From Candidatus Dormiibacterota bacterium (GTDB lineage Bacteria; Acidobacteriota; Polarisedimenticolia; Gp22-AA2), in the NCBI GenBank assembly GCA_035635555.1, contig DASQAT010000054.1, positions 11,885-75,884 on the forward strand: a stretch of 64,000 bases of DNA, in the 5' to 3' direction. The notes below the pieces were generated by a model. That model was not told the DNA's origin. It saw nothing but the letters and a program-made list of their open reading frames with translations, and did not search any database. Positions 43,716 to 52,892 of this stretch are shown here, piece after piece. Both the position numbers and the translations under genes were made by a program. Position 1 is the first letter of the stretch. Each line of letters starts with the position of its first letter.

Positions 43716-44830
43716 TCACCCGCGAACGCATCGAGACACTGGCCACATTCGACGCGCGTGGAGCGCGCGTCCTCAGCCTCCTCCTGGACCTCGACCCCGC
43801 GCGGCAGATCCGGCGCTCGTACCTGATCGCGTTCGACGATCTCGTCAAGGAGACGCGCGCGCGGCTGGAGCAGCCGGCGCGCGAGGCATTCCTGCGCGAG
43901 GCCGCCCGCGTCCGGACCTGGCTCGAGAGCGAGAAGCCGCGCGGGAAGGGGCTGGCGCTGTTCTCCTGCGAGCCGCAGGACTTGTGGCAGGCGCACTTTC
44001 TGCAGATCCGGCTCGAGGACCATCTCGAGTTCGGACCCGCGCCGGACGTGGCTCCCCTGCTCGAGGCCCTGGACGAGTACGAGGCCTACGCCCTGGCACT
44101 CGTCGACAAGGTGAAGGCGCGGCTGTTCGTCGTCTTCATGGGGGAGATCGAGGAGACGGACGCCTTCGCGGACTTGATGACGAGCGAGCGCGACCGGTCC
44201 GGCAGCCAGAACGTGCGCTCTCAGGGCCACCGCGAGGCCCATATCCACCGGCACCTGAAGCGCGTGGCGCAGCGACTCTCGGATCTCCTGGGGCGCCGTC
44301 GCTTCGACCGGCTGATCGTGGCGGGACCCGAGGAGACGACCAGCGACCTGAGGCGCATCCTGCCGAGACCGCTCGCCCATCGACTGGTGGCGGTGATCCC
44401 GGGCGAGATGTTCGCGAGCGCGCACGATCTTCTCGAGAAGACGCTGCCGATCGAGCGGAAGGTCGAGCGCCAGGTCGAGGAACGCGTCGTCGGGGAGCTT
44501 CTCGAGATGGCGGGGGGCGGAGGCCGGGCGACCCTCGGGCTGACGCCGACGCTCGATGCCTTGTCGCGGGGCGAGGTCCAGACCCTCGTGGTGGCGGATG
44601 AATTGCGGCTGGACGGCGCCGAATGCAAGGAGTGCGGGCGGCTTGATCCGGAGACGATCCCGACCTGCCCTGAGTGCGGCGCCGCCACCCGGCCGGTGCA
44701 CGACCTCCTGCACCGGGCGATGCGCCTCGCCGTGGAGAAATCCGGCGCCGTGGAAGTCGTCCGAGGCGACGCGGCGCGGCGTCTTATGGAGTCGGGGGGC
44801 GGCATCGGGGCCCTCCTCCGCTCCCGCTGA
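43712..44830 (+). CDS. bacterial eRF1/Pelota-like (baeRF-type) protein with C-terminal zinc ribbon
   Basis: An ATGA overlap links it to the amidohydrolase stop. The N-terminus VLSLLLDLDPARQ..., a central loop ERDRSGSQNVRSQGHRE, LIVAGPEETTSDL and GRATLGLTPTLDALSRGEVQTLVVADEL are eRF1 domain 2/3-like. The C-terminus is CKECGRLDPETIPTCPECG. Confidence 0.75.
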   Translation: MITRERIETLATFDARGARVLSLLLDLDPARQIRRSYLIAFDDLVKETRARLEQPAREAFLREAARVRTWLESEKPRGKGLALFSCEPQDLWQAHFLQIRLEDHLEFGPAPDVAPLLEALDEYEAYALALVDKVKARLFVVFMGEIEETDAFADLMTSERDRSGSQNVRSQGHREAHIHRHLKRVAQRLSDLLGRRRFDRLIVAGPEETTSDLRRILPRPLAHRLVAVIPGEMFASAHDLLEKTLPIERKVERQVEERVVGELLEMAGGGGRATLGLTPTLDALSRGEVQTLVVADELRLDGAECKECGRLDPETIPTCPECGAATRPVHDLLHRAMRLAVEKSGAVEVVRGDAARRLMESGGGIGALLRSR

Positions 44831-44866
44831 CCGCATGTCGACGACATTCCATGGAGGAGATCAACC

Positions 44867-45403
44867 ATGTTCCCTGGTGCCGTGATGACGCGCTCCGGCG
44901 CGCGTGCCCTGCTCTGCCTCTCGGTGACGGTCCTTCTGATGGCGGGACCCGGAACCGCCGCCGGTCCTGACCCGGCCGTCAGCGCCCGCCTCGCCACCTT
45001 CGACGACCTGGACTTCAATGTCTTCACGCACCAGAAGTGGGACCAGCTGCAGCGGAGCCATTCCAGGGACATCGTCGTGCACTGGCCCGATGGGCACCAG
45101 ACCAAGGGGATCGACAAGCACATCGAGGATCTCAAGGCGATGTTCGTGTACGCCCCGGACACGCGGATCCAGGTCCATCCGGTCAAGTTCGGCTCGGGTG
45201 ACTGGACGAGCGTGATCGGAGTGATGGAAGGGACCTTCACGAAACCGATGCCCGCCGCCGACGGGAAGACGATCCCGCCCACGGGCAAGCCGTTCAAGAT
45301 CGAGATGTGCACCGTCGGGCACTGGAAGGACGGCGTGATGGATGAAGAGTATCTGTTCTGGGACAATCTCACCTTCATGAAGCAGATCGGCCTCGGCCAG
45401 TAG
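44867..45403 (+). CDS. secreted SnoaL-like / ester-cyclase family protein
   Basis: GGAGGAG precedes the ATG and there is a signal peptide. FTHQKWDQLQRSHSRDIVVHWPDG...GKPFKIEMCTVGHWKDGVMDEEYLFWDN matches the ester-cyclase pattern. Confidence 0.8.
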   Translation: MFPGAVMTRSGARALLCLSVTVLLMAGPGTAAGPDPAVSARLATFDDLDFNVFTHQKWDQLQRSHSRDIVVHWPDGHQTKGIDKHIEDLKAMFVYAPDTRIQVHPVKFGSGDWTSVIGVMEGTFTKPMPAADGKTIPPTGKPFKIEMCTVGHWKDGVMDEEYLFWDNLTFMKQIGLGQ

Positions 45404-45413
45404 AACTCCCGCC

Positions 45414-45434
45414 GTTGTCCGCTGCCGGGACAAC
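45414..45434 (+). terminator. stem-loop downstream of the SnoaL-like gene
   Basis: GTTGTCC-GCTGCCG-GGACAAC forms a 7-bp stem 11 nt after the stop codon. It has no U-tract, so function as an intrinsic terminator is uncertain. Confidence 0.25.
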
Positions 45435-45663
45435 ACCGTCCCGCGATCGGACACGATGGGATGCGGGGACCTTCGCTTCGACGGCCAGACATCCCATCCG
45501 ACGGCCGACTTCTACGACCGTGTCCTGCAGGGCCTCGCGTCGCGCGGCCAGCGTCGATCCGATCGTCGCCCTGCGCGAGGAGTAGCCCCGCCCGTCCCGC
45601 CACGCCGCGCGCCACGGATGCTATGATCGGGCGGCAACGTCCTCCTGGTCCGGAAGGAGACTC

Positions 45664-46104
45664 ATGCACATCCTGGGCACGTGGATCGTCGCGATAGCCC
45701 TGGCAAAGAGGACCGTCGCCGCCTCCCGCGAGGCGGCCGACAGCCGGGAGCTGTCCCGGCTCGAGAGCGTGTGGAACGACGCCCACCTTCACGGTGACGC
45801 AGACGCCCTGGACAGGATCTGGGCGGAGGACTTCACCGTCACCGTGCCGAACATGCCAGTCATGACGCGGGCCGATGCGATCGGCGCGTTTCGATCGAAC
45901 CGGCCGGGCTTCCAGCGCCACGAATCGTCCGACCTCGGCTTCCGGATGCACGGCGACGCCGCCGTGGTCACGGGGCGGCTCCGGCGAACGCGCAGCATGA
46001 ACGATCAGACGGTCGAGGACGACTGGCGCTTCACGAAAGTCTACGTCCGGCACGGCGATCAGTGGAGAGTCGTGGCGTTTCACGCATCACCCGCCGCCTC
46101 GTAG
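45664..46104 (+). CDS. DUF4440/NTF2-like (SnoaL-like) domain protein
   Basis: GGAAGGAG precedes the ATG. LSRLESVWNDAHLHGDADALDRIWAEDF...DDWRFTKVYVRHGDQWRVVAFHAS matches the DUF4440 pattern. Confidence 0.8.
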   Translation: MHILGTWIVAIALAKRTVAASREAADSRELSRLESVWNDAHLHGDADALDRIWAEDFTVTVPNMPVMTRADAIGAFRSNRPGFQRHESSDLGFRMHGDAAVVTGRLRRTRSMNDQTVEDDWRFTKVYVRHGDQWRVVAFHASPAAS

Positions 46105-46122
46105 CGGACGAGGAGGATCCCC

Positions 46123-46773
46123 GTGTTCGTCGGGCACTACGGCGTGAGCTTCGCGGCGAAGAAGGCGGACGCGTCCGTCCCGCTGTGGGTGCTGTTCGTC
46201 GCGGTGCAGCTCCTGGATTTCGCCTGGGCGCCGCTCGTCCTGCTCGGTGTCGAGAGGGTGCGGATCGTGCCGGGGTTCACCCGAACCAACGCCCTCGATC
46301 TTTACTACATGCCTTACACCCACAGCCTCGTCGCGGCGATCCTATGGTCGGCCGCCGCCTTCGCCGTCTACCGGCTGGCGGCGCGCGGGGGCAACATCGC
46401 GGCGCTGGTCGTCGCCGCCGCGGTCTTCTCCCACTGGGTCTTCGACCTGGTGGTCCATGTTCCCGACCTGCCGCTCTACGACGATACGGCCAAGGTCGGT
46501 CTCGGATTGTGGAACCGGCCGGCGACCGCCCTGGGCCTCGAGGCGGCGGCACTGTTCGGCGGCATGTGGCTGTATTTCAGGACGGGCGGCGCGCGCCGGC
46601 TCGCCATGGCCGCGTTCGGCATCGTCATGCTCGCGATCCAGGTGTACGTCTTCTTCGGACCTCCTCCGGCATCCGATAAGAGTCTGGCGGTCACGGCGTT
46701 CTCGGCCTATGTCGTGTTCGCCGTCGTCGTCCGGCTGCTCGAGGGGCCCCCCCGGAACGCGCCGGCCGTCTGA
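46123..46773 (+). CDS. hypothetical polytopic membrane protein (YdjM-like membrane hydrolase fold possible)
   Basis: GAGGAGGA precedes a GTG start. MFVGHYGVSFAAKK is followed by 5-6 TM helices with conserved His/Asp (HWVFDLVVH). Confidence 0.7.
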   Translation: MFVGHYGVSFAAKKADASVPLWVLFVAVQLLDFAWAPLVLLGVERVRIVPGFTRTNALDLYYMPYTHSLVAAILWSAAAFAVYRLAARGGNIAALVVAAAVFSHWVFDLVVHVPDLPLYDDTAKVGLGLWNRPATALGLEAAALFGGMWLYFRTGGARRLAMAAFGIVMLAIQVYVFFGPPPASDKSLAVTAFSAYVVFAVVVRLLEGPPRNAPAV

Positions 46774-46784
46774 CGGGGAAGAAC

Positions 46785-47759
46785 ATGCCGAAGGCGATTC
46801 GGTTCCACGCGAACGGCGGTCCCGAGGTCCTGCGCTGGGAGGACGTGGCGCTCGGCGACCCCGGACCGGGCGAGGCGCGCGTCCGCCACAAGGCCTGCGG
46901 CCTTAACATGATCGACGTCTACCAGCGCACCGGCCTCTACAAGGTCCCCCTTCCGGCGGTCGCCGGGAACGAGGGAGCGGGCCTGGTCGAGGCGGTCGGC
47001 CCCGGTGTCGTCCACGTCAAGCCGGGCGACCGCGTGGCCTACGCGGGCGGGCCGCCGGGATCGTACTGCGAGGTACGCAGCATGCCCGCCGACCGCCTGG
47101 TCATCCTGCCGGAGGGGATCGACTTCGAGCAGGGGGCCGCGATGATGCTCAAGGGAATGACGGTGCAGTACCTCGTCCGGCGGACCTACAGGGTGCGGCC
47201 CGGCGACACGGTCCTGTTCCACGCCGCCGCCGGCGGTGTCGGGCTGATCGCGTGCCAGTGGCTGAAAGCGCTCGGCGCGAAGGTGATCGGGACCGCCGGT
47301 TCTGACGAGAAATGCGCGCTCGCGAGAGAGCACGGCGCCGACGTCTGCATCAACTACCGCGCCGGGAGCTTCGCCGCGCGCGTCCGGGAGATCACCGGCG
47401 ATGCCGGCGTGACGGTGGTCTACGACTCGGTCGGGAAGGACACCTTCACCGGCTCGCTCGACAGCCTGCGGCGCTTCGGATTGCTGGTGAGCTTCGGGAA
47501 TGCCTCCGGCCCGGTGCCGCCGTTCGAGCTCGCGATCCTGGCGCAGAAGGGTTCGCTGTACGTCACGCGTCCGACGCTTCACAGCTACACGGCGAGCCGG
47601 GCCGACCTGGAGGCCACGTCGAAGGAGCTTTTCGACGTGGTGCTCGCGGGCCAGGTGAAGATCCGGATCGATCGGCGCTACGCCCTGAAGGACGCAGCAC
47701 AGGCGCACCGCGATCTCGAGGCCCGCAGGACCGCCGGCTCCTGCGTGCTGGTGCCGTGA
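46785..47759 (+). CDS. NADPH:quinone oxidoreductase (zeta-crystallin/MDR family)
   Basis: Motifs are GGPEVLRWEDVALGDPGPGEARVRHKACGLNMIDVYQRTGLY, AAGGVGLIACQW and a C-terminal HRDLEARRTAGSCVLVP. Confidence 0.9.
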   Translation: MPKAIRFHANGGPEVLRWEDVALGDPGPGEARVRHKACGLNMIDVYQRTGLYKVPLPAVAGNEGAGLVEAVGPGVVHVKPGDRVAYAGGPPGSYCEVRSMPADRLVILPEGIDFEQGAAMMLKGMTVQYLVRRTYRVRPGDTVLFHAAAGGVGLIACQWLKALGAKVIGTAGSDEKCALAREHGADVCINYRAGSFAARVREITGDAGVTVVYDSVGKDTFTGSLDSLRRFGLLVSFGNASGPVPPFELAILAQKGSLYVTRPTLHSYTASRADLEATSKELFDVVLAGQVKIRIDRRYALKDAAQAHRDLEARRTAGSCVLVP

Positions 47760-47908
47760 CCCCCGCCGGGTCACGGCCGGTGGGATTCTTCTCCTTGAAA
47801 CGGGCCACATCGAACGCGATCGTCGCGGATCGTCCGGCCCGGCGTCACCCTGGAAGGGCGGATTGACGCTATGATGCCGGCCGCGGTCCGTCAGGAGATT
47901 GAGCCCCC

Positions 47909-48730
47909 TTGAGAAGTACGACACCCGTCCGGCAGCACGACGATCGACGCCCTCGATCTTCCTCCAACCGGCTCGGCCCGGCGCTCGCGCCGGTGACGGC
48001 CGCGCTTCTGGCGTTGACCCTCGGAGCCGCGACGGCCGCGCCTCTGCAGCTGCCACCGCACGGCGACCGCTCGGTCCACGATCTCGCGGCCGTCCTGTCG
48101 CCGCAGACGCTCGAGGCCCTGGAGCGCCGGCACGAAGATCTGTTCCGGAAGACCGGCGTCGCCCTGATCGTGATCACCGTGCGGCGACTGGAGGACGAGA
48201 CGCTCCCCGATTTCGCCGTCCGGGTCGGCAGCGAGTGGGGCGCCGGAAAGAAGGGCCAGGACAGGGGGATCGTCGTCGCGGCCACGACCGACGAGCCGCA
48301 TGTCTTCGTCGCCACCGGGTACGGCGTCGAGGGCTTCCTGACCGACGGCCGCGTCGGCGGAATCCTGGATGATCATGTCGTCGGGCCGCTGCGGAACAGG
48401 AACTTCGACGCGGCGATGCTGCAGGCGAGCGGCCAGCTCGTCGCCGCCTGCGCCACCGAGTACGGCGTCACGATCGACGGGATCGAGCCGTCGGAGGCTC
48501 CACCGCGGCGCGGAGCCGGCGGATTTCCGCCCGCCCTGTTTTTCTTTCTGCTCTTCGTCGCCCTGTTCGTCTTCCGCGTGTTCATCATCCCTCGGGGCAG
48601 GTACCGGGGAGTGTGGTACGGTGGCGGCTTCGGCGGGGGTGGTTTCGGCGGAGGGGGCTTCGGCGGAGGCGGCGGTGGGTTCGGCGGCTTCGGCGGCGGG
48701 GGCTTCGGCGGCGGGGGCGCCGGGCGATGA
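47909..48730 (+). CDS. TPM-domain (YgcG-like) protein with TM segment and Gly-rich tail
   Basis: VHDLAAVLSPQTLEALERRHEDLFRKTGVALIVITV...DRGIVVAATTDEPHVFVATGYGVEGFLTD is followed by a TM helix and a GGFGGGG repeat tail. The start is TTG and is uncertain. Confidence 0.85.
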   Translation: MRSTTPVRQHDDRRPRSSSNRLGPALAPVTAALLALTLGAATAAPLQLPPHGDRSVHDLAAVLSPQTLEALERRHEDLFRKTGVALIVITVRRLEDETLPDFAVRVGSEWGAGKKGQDRGIVVAATTDEPHVFVATGYGVEGFLTDGRVGGILDDHVVGPLRNRNFDAAMLQASGQLVAACATEYGVTIDGIEPSEAPPRRGAGGFPPALFFFLLFVALFVFRVFIIPRGRYRGVWYGGGFGGGGFGGGGFGGGGGGFGGFGGGGFGGGGAGR

Positions 48731-48743
48731 AGAGGACGCGGGG

Positions 48744-49463
48744 ATGAACCTGAAGACGGATCCGGTCCTGCAGGGGCTGGTGCAGGGTCTCGTGCAGGCG
48801 CTCGGCCCGCGGCTGAAAAGCGTCGTCCTGTACGGATCCGCCGCACGCGGGGATTCGCACGCGGCGGGGAGCGACTTCAACGTGATCCTCGTCCTGGAGT
48901 CGCTCGACCCGGGAACCCTCGAGGCGCTCGCCCCCGCGGTGAGGCGATTCGTCAAGAAGGACCACCCGGTCCCCCGGATGTTCTCGCCGGCGCTCATCGC
49001 CGCGTCGGCCGACTCGTTCCCGATCGAGTTCGCGGACATCCGTGACGGCCGGACCGTCCTGCACGGCGAGGACCCGTTCGCGGCAGTCGTCGTCGCGCGC
49101 GACAATCTGCGGCTGCAGCTGGAGCGCGAGATCAAGGAGAAGATGATGCGGCTGCGGGAGGCCTACGTCATGGCCCACGACAGCGACTCCGCCCTGCGAC
49201 GTCTCCTCGTCGAGTCGTATTCCGCGTTCGCCGCCCTGTTCCGCGGCGGATTGCACCTGATGGACCGACCGGTCCCGTCGAAGAGCCACGACGTCGTTGC
49301 GGCGTTCTGCGACGCCACGGGACTCGCGCGCGCCCCGTTCGACGACGTGGCGCGCCTGCGCCGGGGCGAGAAGCCGGCCGTGGACCTCAAGACGGTGTTT
49401 GCGCGCTATCATGACCAGCTCACGAAGGCGGCCGACGGCGTGGACCGTCTGAGCACGTCCTGA
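48744..49463 (+). CDS. nucleotidyltransferase-domain protein (MNT/KNTase-like)
   Basis: VVLYGSAARGDSHAAGSDFNVILVLE is the minimal NTase G-S-x(9-10)-D-x-D pattern. The C-terminal half is helical. Confidence 0.75.
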   Translation: MNLKTDPVLQGLVQGLVQALGPRLKSVVLYGSAARGDSHAAGSDFNVILVLESLDPGTLEALAPAVRRFVKKDHPVPRMFSPALIAASADSFPIEFADIRDGRTVLHGEDPFAAVVVARDNLRLQLEREIKEKMMRLREAYVMAHDSDSALRRLLVESYSAFAALFRGGLHLMDRPVPSKSHDVVAAFCDATGLARAPFDDVARLRRGEKPAVDLKTVFARYHDQLTKAADGVDRLSTS

Positions 49464-49485
49464 GCACGCAAGGAGGCGAGACGAG

Positions 49486-50061
49486 ATGAACAAGGGTCTG
49501 ACCGGCTGCCTGATCGTCGGGGGGGGGCTCCTCCTCATCCTGGTGATCGGGGGGATGGTCCTCATGGGGACCTACAACACGCTGGTGGCGCAGAACGAGC
49601 AGGTCAACCAGGCGTGGGCGCAGGTGCAGAACGTCCTGCAGCGCCGCGCCGACCTGATCCCGAACCTGGTCGAGACCGTCAAGGGATACGCCACCCACGA
49701 GAAGGAAGTCTTCGAGAACGTCGCCGAGGCGAGAAGCCGCCTGGCCGGCGCGACTTCGCCGCGCGAGGCCGCCGCGGCCAACGCCGGCTTGACCTCTGCC
49801 CTCGGCAGGCTCCTGGCGATCGCCGAGAACTACCCGACGCTCAAGGCGAACGAGAATTTCATCCGGCTTCAGGATGAATTGGCCGGGACGGAGAACCGGA
49901 TCGCCGTCGAGCGAATGCGCTACAACGAGGCGGTCCGGGCCTTCAACACCTCGATCAAGCGCTTCCCCACCAATTTTCTCGCCGGATTGTTCAAGTTCGG
50001 CGAGCGGGAGTACTTCGAGGCGGAGGCGTCCGCCCAGGAAGCGCCGAAGGTGAAGTTCTAG
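49486..50061 (+). CDS. lemA: LemA-family protein
   Basis: AAGGAGG precedes the ATG. An N-terminal TM helix is followed by YNTLVAQNEQVNQAWAQVQNVLQRRADLIPNLVETVKGYA and YPTLKANENF, the LemA signature. Confidence 0.9.
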   Translation: MNKGLTGCLIVGGGLLLILVIGGMVLMGTYNTLVAQNEQVNQAWAQVQNVLQRRADLIPNLVETVKGYATHEKEVFENVAEARSRLAGATSPREAAAANAGLTSALGRLLAIAENYPTLKANENFIRLQDELAGTENRIAVERMRYNEAVRAFNTSIKRFPTNFLAGLFKFGEREYFEAEASAQEAPKVKF

Positions 50062-50063
50062 AG

Positions 50064-51773
50064 ATGTCCGGTGCGCGCCACGTCACGCGGAGGCTGTTTC
50101 TCGGCGGCGGTCTCAAGGCCACGCTGGCCGCCGGTCTGGTGTCCCGGTTCTCCCTCCCCGGCCTGCTGGCGCAGACGGGCGCGCCGGGCGCGGCCGCGCG
50201 CGGCCCCGTGACCACCGGCGCGCGCGCCTTCGACGGCGAGCTGATCGAAGAGTCGTACTCGATCGCCCACCGGCTGCGCGACGGGACCCTGGAGATCCCC
50301 TCGACCCTCGTCCCCGAGGGGCCTCTGCACGACGCGATCGTCATCGGCGGCGGCGTGTCCGGCCTGATGGCCGCCTGGGAGCTGGAGCGCGGCGGCCTCG
50401 GGGACGTGCTCCTCTACGAGAAAGAAGATTACATCGGCGGGAACGCGCGCAAGGGCCACGCCAACGGCACCGATTACACCTGCGCCACCTGGTCGGTGGT
50501 GCGCCCCAAGGACAGGTTCCTGACGCGCCTCTTCCAGGATCTCGGCGTCGTCAAGGGGATCGCCGCCGACGGCACGCCGCGGATCGATCCCCGCCTCGTC
50601 GGTCCGGGTCCGGACGCCAACACCTTGATCGACGGGACCTGGTACGCCGACCCGTTGATGGGCGCCGACGCCTCCAAGGCGGTGCTGCGCATGCCCCTCC
50701 CGGAAAAGGACCGGAACGACGAGATCGATTTCTACAACGAGATGAACACCTGGGCGACGAAGCGCGGCAGGGACGGCAAGCCTGCGTTCGCGATGCCGGT
50801 GGAGGACGCCAGCCGCGATCCGGACATCCTGGCCCTGGACACGATCACGATGCTCGAGTACGCGAAGCGGAAGGGCTGGGGAGAGCGCGCCCTCGCCAAC
50901 GTCGAGGACTGGAGCACCAGCGACATCGGCGGCACGTCGTCCGAGGTCTCCGCGTACGCCTTCCTGGCGTTCAACAGCCTGGGGCAGGGGGGCGAGGACA
51001 TCACCCTGCCGGGCGGCAACGCCTGGCTGGCCGAGCGCCTGACGGACAAGGTGGGTCGAGACCGGATTCGCACCGGGTGGATGGCGGTGAAGGTCGAGAA
51101 CCGCGGGGACGAGGTGCGCGTCGTCCTCGTCGATCAGCGCACGGAGCGCTTCTGCGCCCGCCGCGCGCGCGTCGCGGTCATCGCCTGCCCGAAGCACATC
51201 ACCGGCCGGATGGTGCCGGAGCTCCTTGCGGCGGGGCGCGACACGTACCTGTCGTACCGCTACGGCGCTCTCCTCATGGGCGCCGCCTCGGTCAGGAGGA
51301 CCCCGAGGCTCAAGGGGGCGCCGCTCGCCTGGTACAACGGGTCGCGCGGGCGCCTGGCCCAGGGGTTCCTGGTCGCCGACTACAACTCCGATCGCTGGCG
51401 CAAGGGGGACCCGGGCCGCCCGAACGTCCTGTGTCTGTGGGCTCCGCTCGGAGGCAAGGCGTCGCGCGCCGATCTCCTCGCGGAGCCCTGGTCGCACTGG
51501 GCCGATCTTCTGGCCGACGACCTCGAGGCGGCGCTCCCCGGCATCCACTCCGACCTGACGCGCCTGGACGTCTATGCCTGGGGGCACCACATGGTGATCC
51601 CGTCACCCGGGTTCCTGACCGGCGACGCGCGGCGCAACCTGACCCGCCCGCTCGGCCGCATCACGTTCGCCCACTCGGACCGCAACGGCATGCCGAGCTT
51701 CGAGCTGGCCACCCGCGCCGGCTTCGACGCCGCGCGCGAGGCGGCGGCCCTCGTGCGACCCGGGGCGTCCTAG
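50064..51773 (+). CDS. Tat-exported FAD-dependent oxidoreductase (amine-oxidase-like)
   Basis: It has a twin-arginine signal (TRRLFLGGGLKA) and an FAD fold, DAIVIGGGVSGLMAAWEL...YEKEDYIGGN. Confidence 0.85.
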   Translation: MSGARHVTRRLFLGGGLKATLAAGLVSRFSLPGLLAQTGAPGAAARGPVTTGARAFDGELIEESYSIAHRLRDGTLEIPSTLVPEGPLHDAIVIGGGVSGLMAAWELERGGLGDVLLYEKEDYIGGNARKGHANGTDYTCATWSVVRPKDRFLTRLFQDLGVVKGIAADGTPRIDPRLVGPGPDANTLIDGTWYADPLMGADASKAVLRMPLPEKDRNDEIDFYNEMNTWATKRGRDGKPAFAMPVEDASRDPDILALDTITMLEYAKRKGWGERALANVEDWSTSDIGGTSSEVSAYAFLAFNSLGQGGEDITLPGGNAWLAERLTDKVGRDRIRTGWMAVKVENRGDEVRVVLVDQRTERFCARRARVAVIACPKHITGRMVPELLAAGRDTYLSYRYGALLMGAASVRRTPRLKGAPLAWYNGSRGRLAQGFLVADYNSDRWRKGDPGRPNVLCLWAPLGGKASRADLLAEPWSHWADLLADDLEAALPGIHSDLTRLDVYAWGHHMVIPSPGFLTGDARRNLTRPLGRITFAHSDRNGMPSFELATRAGFDAAREAAALVRPGAS

Positions 51774-51778
51774 ATTCC

Positions 51779-52882
51779 TCAGCCGGACACCCGCGGATCG
51801 ATGAGCGCCTTGATGGTGCGGAGATTCGCCACGTCGTCCAGGGCGCGGGCGGCCTCGCCGAGGGCGTAGCGCCGCAGCGGGATGCGCCCCCACGGCGCGG
51901 AGCGCGCGGGGTCGGCGGCGATCCGCGCGGCCCGGTAGAAGTGCGAGAAGTCCGACCCCCAGCAGCCCAGGACATCGAGCTGCTTCCGGTTCAGATCCGC
52001 GTGCGGGTTGAACGAGACGTCGCCGTGGTCCGTGTACTGCCCCACGATCACCACCCGGCCGGCGTCGCGCGTGAAGCGCATCGCCTGCACGACCGCCTCG
52101 GGCGCTCCCGCCGCCTCGATCGTCACGTCCGCGCTGCGCCCCGCCGTGCGTTCCCGGACCCAGTCGAGGCGGGCGCTCTCGTCGTGCCGCTCCAGGTCGA
52201 GCGTCGCGGCCGCTCCGACCGACCGCGCGGCCTCGAGGCGGTCGGCCGGCGCGCCGATGCAGAGCACCGTCCCCGCGCCCTGCATCAGGGCCACGGCGAT
52301 CGAGGACAGGCCGACGGGGCCGCTCCCGAGGACGAGGACGGTGTCGCCTGGGAGGATCCCGGCGCGCTCGACAGCGTGCAGCGCCGTCGGCAGGGAGCAG
52401 CCGCCCGCCATGAAGCGCTCCGGCTCAGTGCTGTGAAGCGGGATGCACAGCGTGCCCGGCTTGAGGTGGATCGCCTCCGCCCAGCCGCCGCACGGACCGT
52501 CTTCCAGACCGTATGTTATGCCGTACACCTTGCGGCGCGGGCAGCGCGTCGTGGCCTTCGCCACCAGGCAGTACCAGCAGGAATGGCAGGTGCGGTGCAC
52601 GTCGAGAAAGGTGACCCGGTCCCCCTCGCGCAGGGCCCGGCCGTCGACGTCCAGGAGCGGGCCGCGGATCCTCTCCAGCCTCCCGACCGAGACGTGCCCG
52701 GGTACGAGCGGGTACGGCACCCCCTCGAGTCTCCCGGCGTGCAGCGACACGTCGGTGCCGCAGACTTCGCTCAGCTCCACGCGCAGAAGAGCGGCCCCGG
52801 TCTCGAGAGCGGGCTCGCTGATTTCGCGCACCTCGATCGGCGCCCCGGGCGCGGGAATGACGGCGACACGCAGCTGGCCCAT
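51779..52882 (-). CDS. zinc-dependent alcohol dehydrogenase-family (MDR) oxidoreductase
   Basis: Motifs are CGTDVSLHAG, PGHVSVG, CHSCWYCLV (structural Zn site) and VLGSGPVGLS (NAD fold). Confidence 0.9.
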   Translation of the reverse strand: MGQLRVAVIPAPGAPIEVREISEPALETGAALLRVELSEVCGTDVSLHAGRLEGVPYPLVPGHVSVGRLERIRGPLLDVDGRALREGDRVTFLDVHRTCHSCWYCLVAKATTRCPRRKVYGITYGLEDGPCGGWAEAIHLKPGTLCIPLHSTEPERFMAGGCSLPTALHAVERAGILPGDTVLVLGSGPVGLSSIAVALMQGAGTVLCIGAPADRLEAARSVGAAATLDLERHDESARLDWVRERTAGRSADVTIEAAGAPEAVVQAMRFTRDAGRVVIVGQYTDHGDVSFNPHADLNRKQLDVLGCWGSDFSHFYRAARIAADPARSAPWGRIPLRRYALGEAARALDDVANLRTIKALIDPRVSG

Positions 52883-52892
52883 GGCACGTTCC

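Noticed and set aside
45435-45663. A possible coding remnant (...CGDLRFDGQTSHPTADFYDRVLQGLASRGQ...) in the gap before the DUF4440 gene.
   Set aside because: It is a short open stretch without a start codon or a recognisable family. It cannot be distinguished from chance in GC-rich DNA.
48600-48725. A highly repetitive GGC/GGT-rich stretch that superficially looks like a tandem repeat or array.
   Set aside because: It is in frame within the TPM-domain gene and encodes its GGFGGGG low-complexity tail. There is no spacer/repeat structure.
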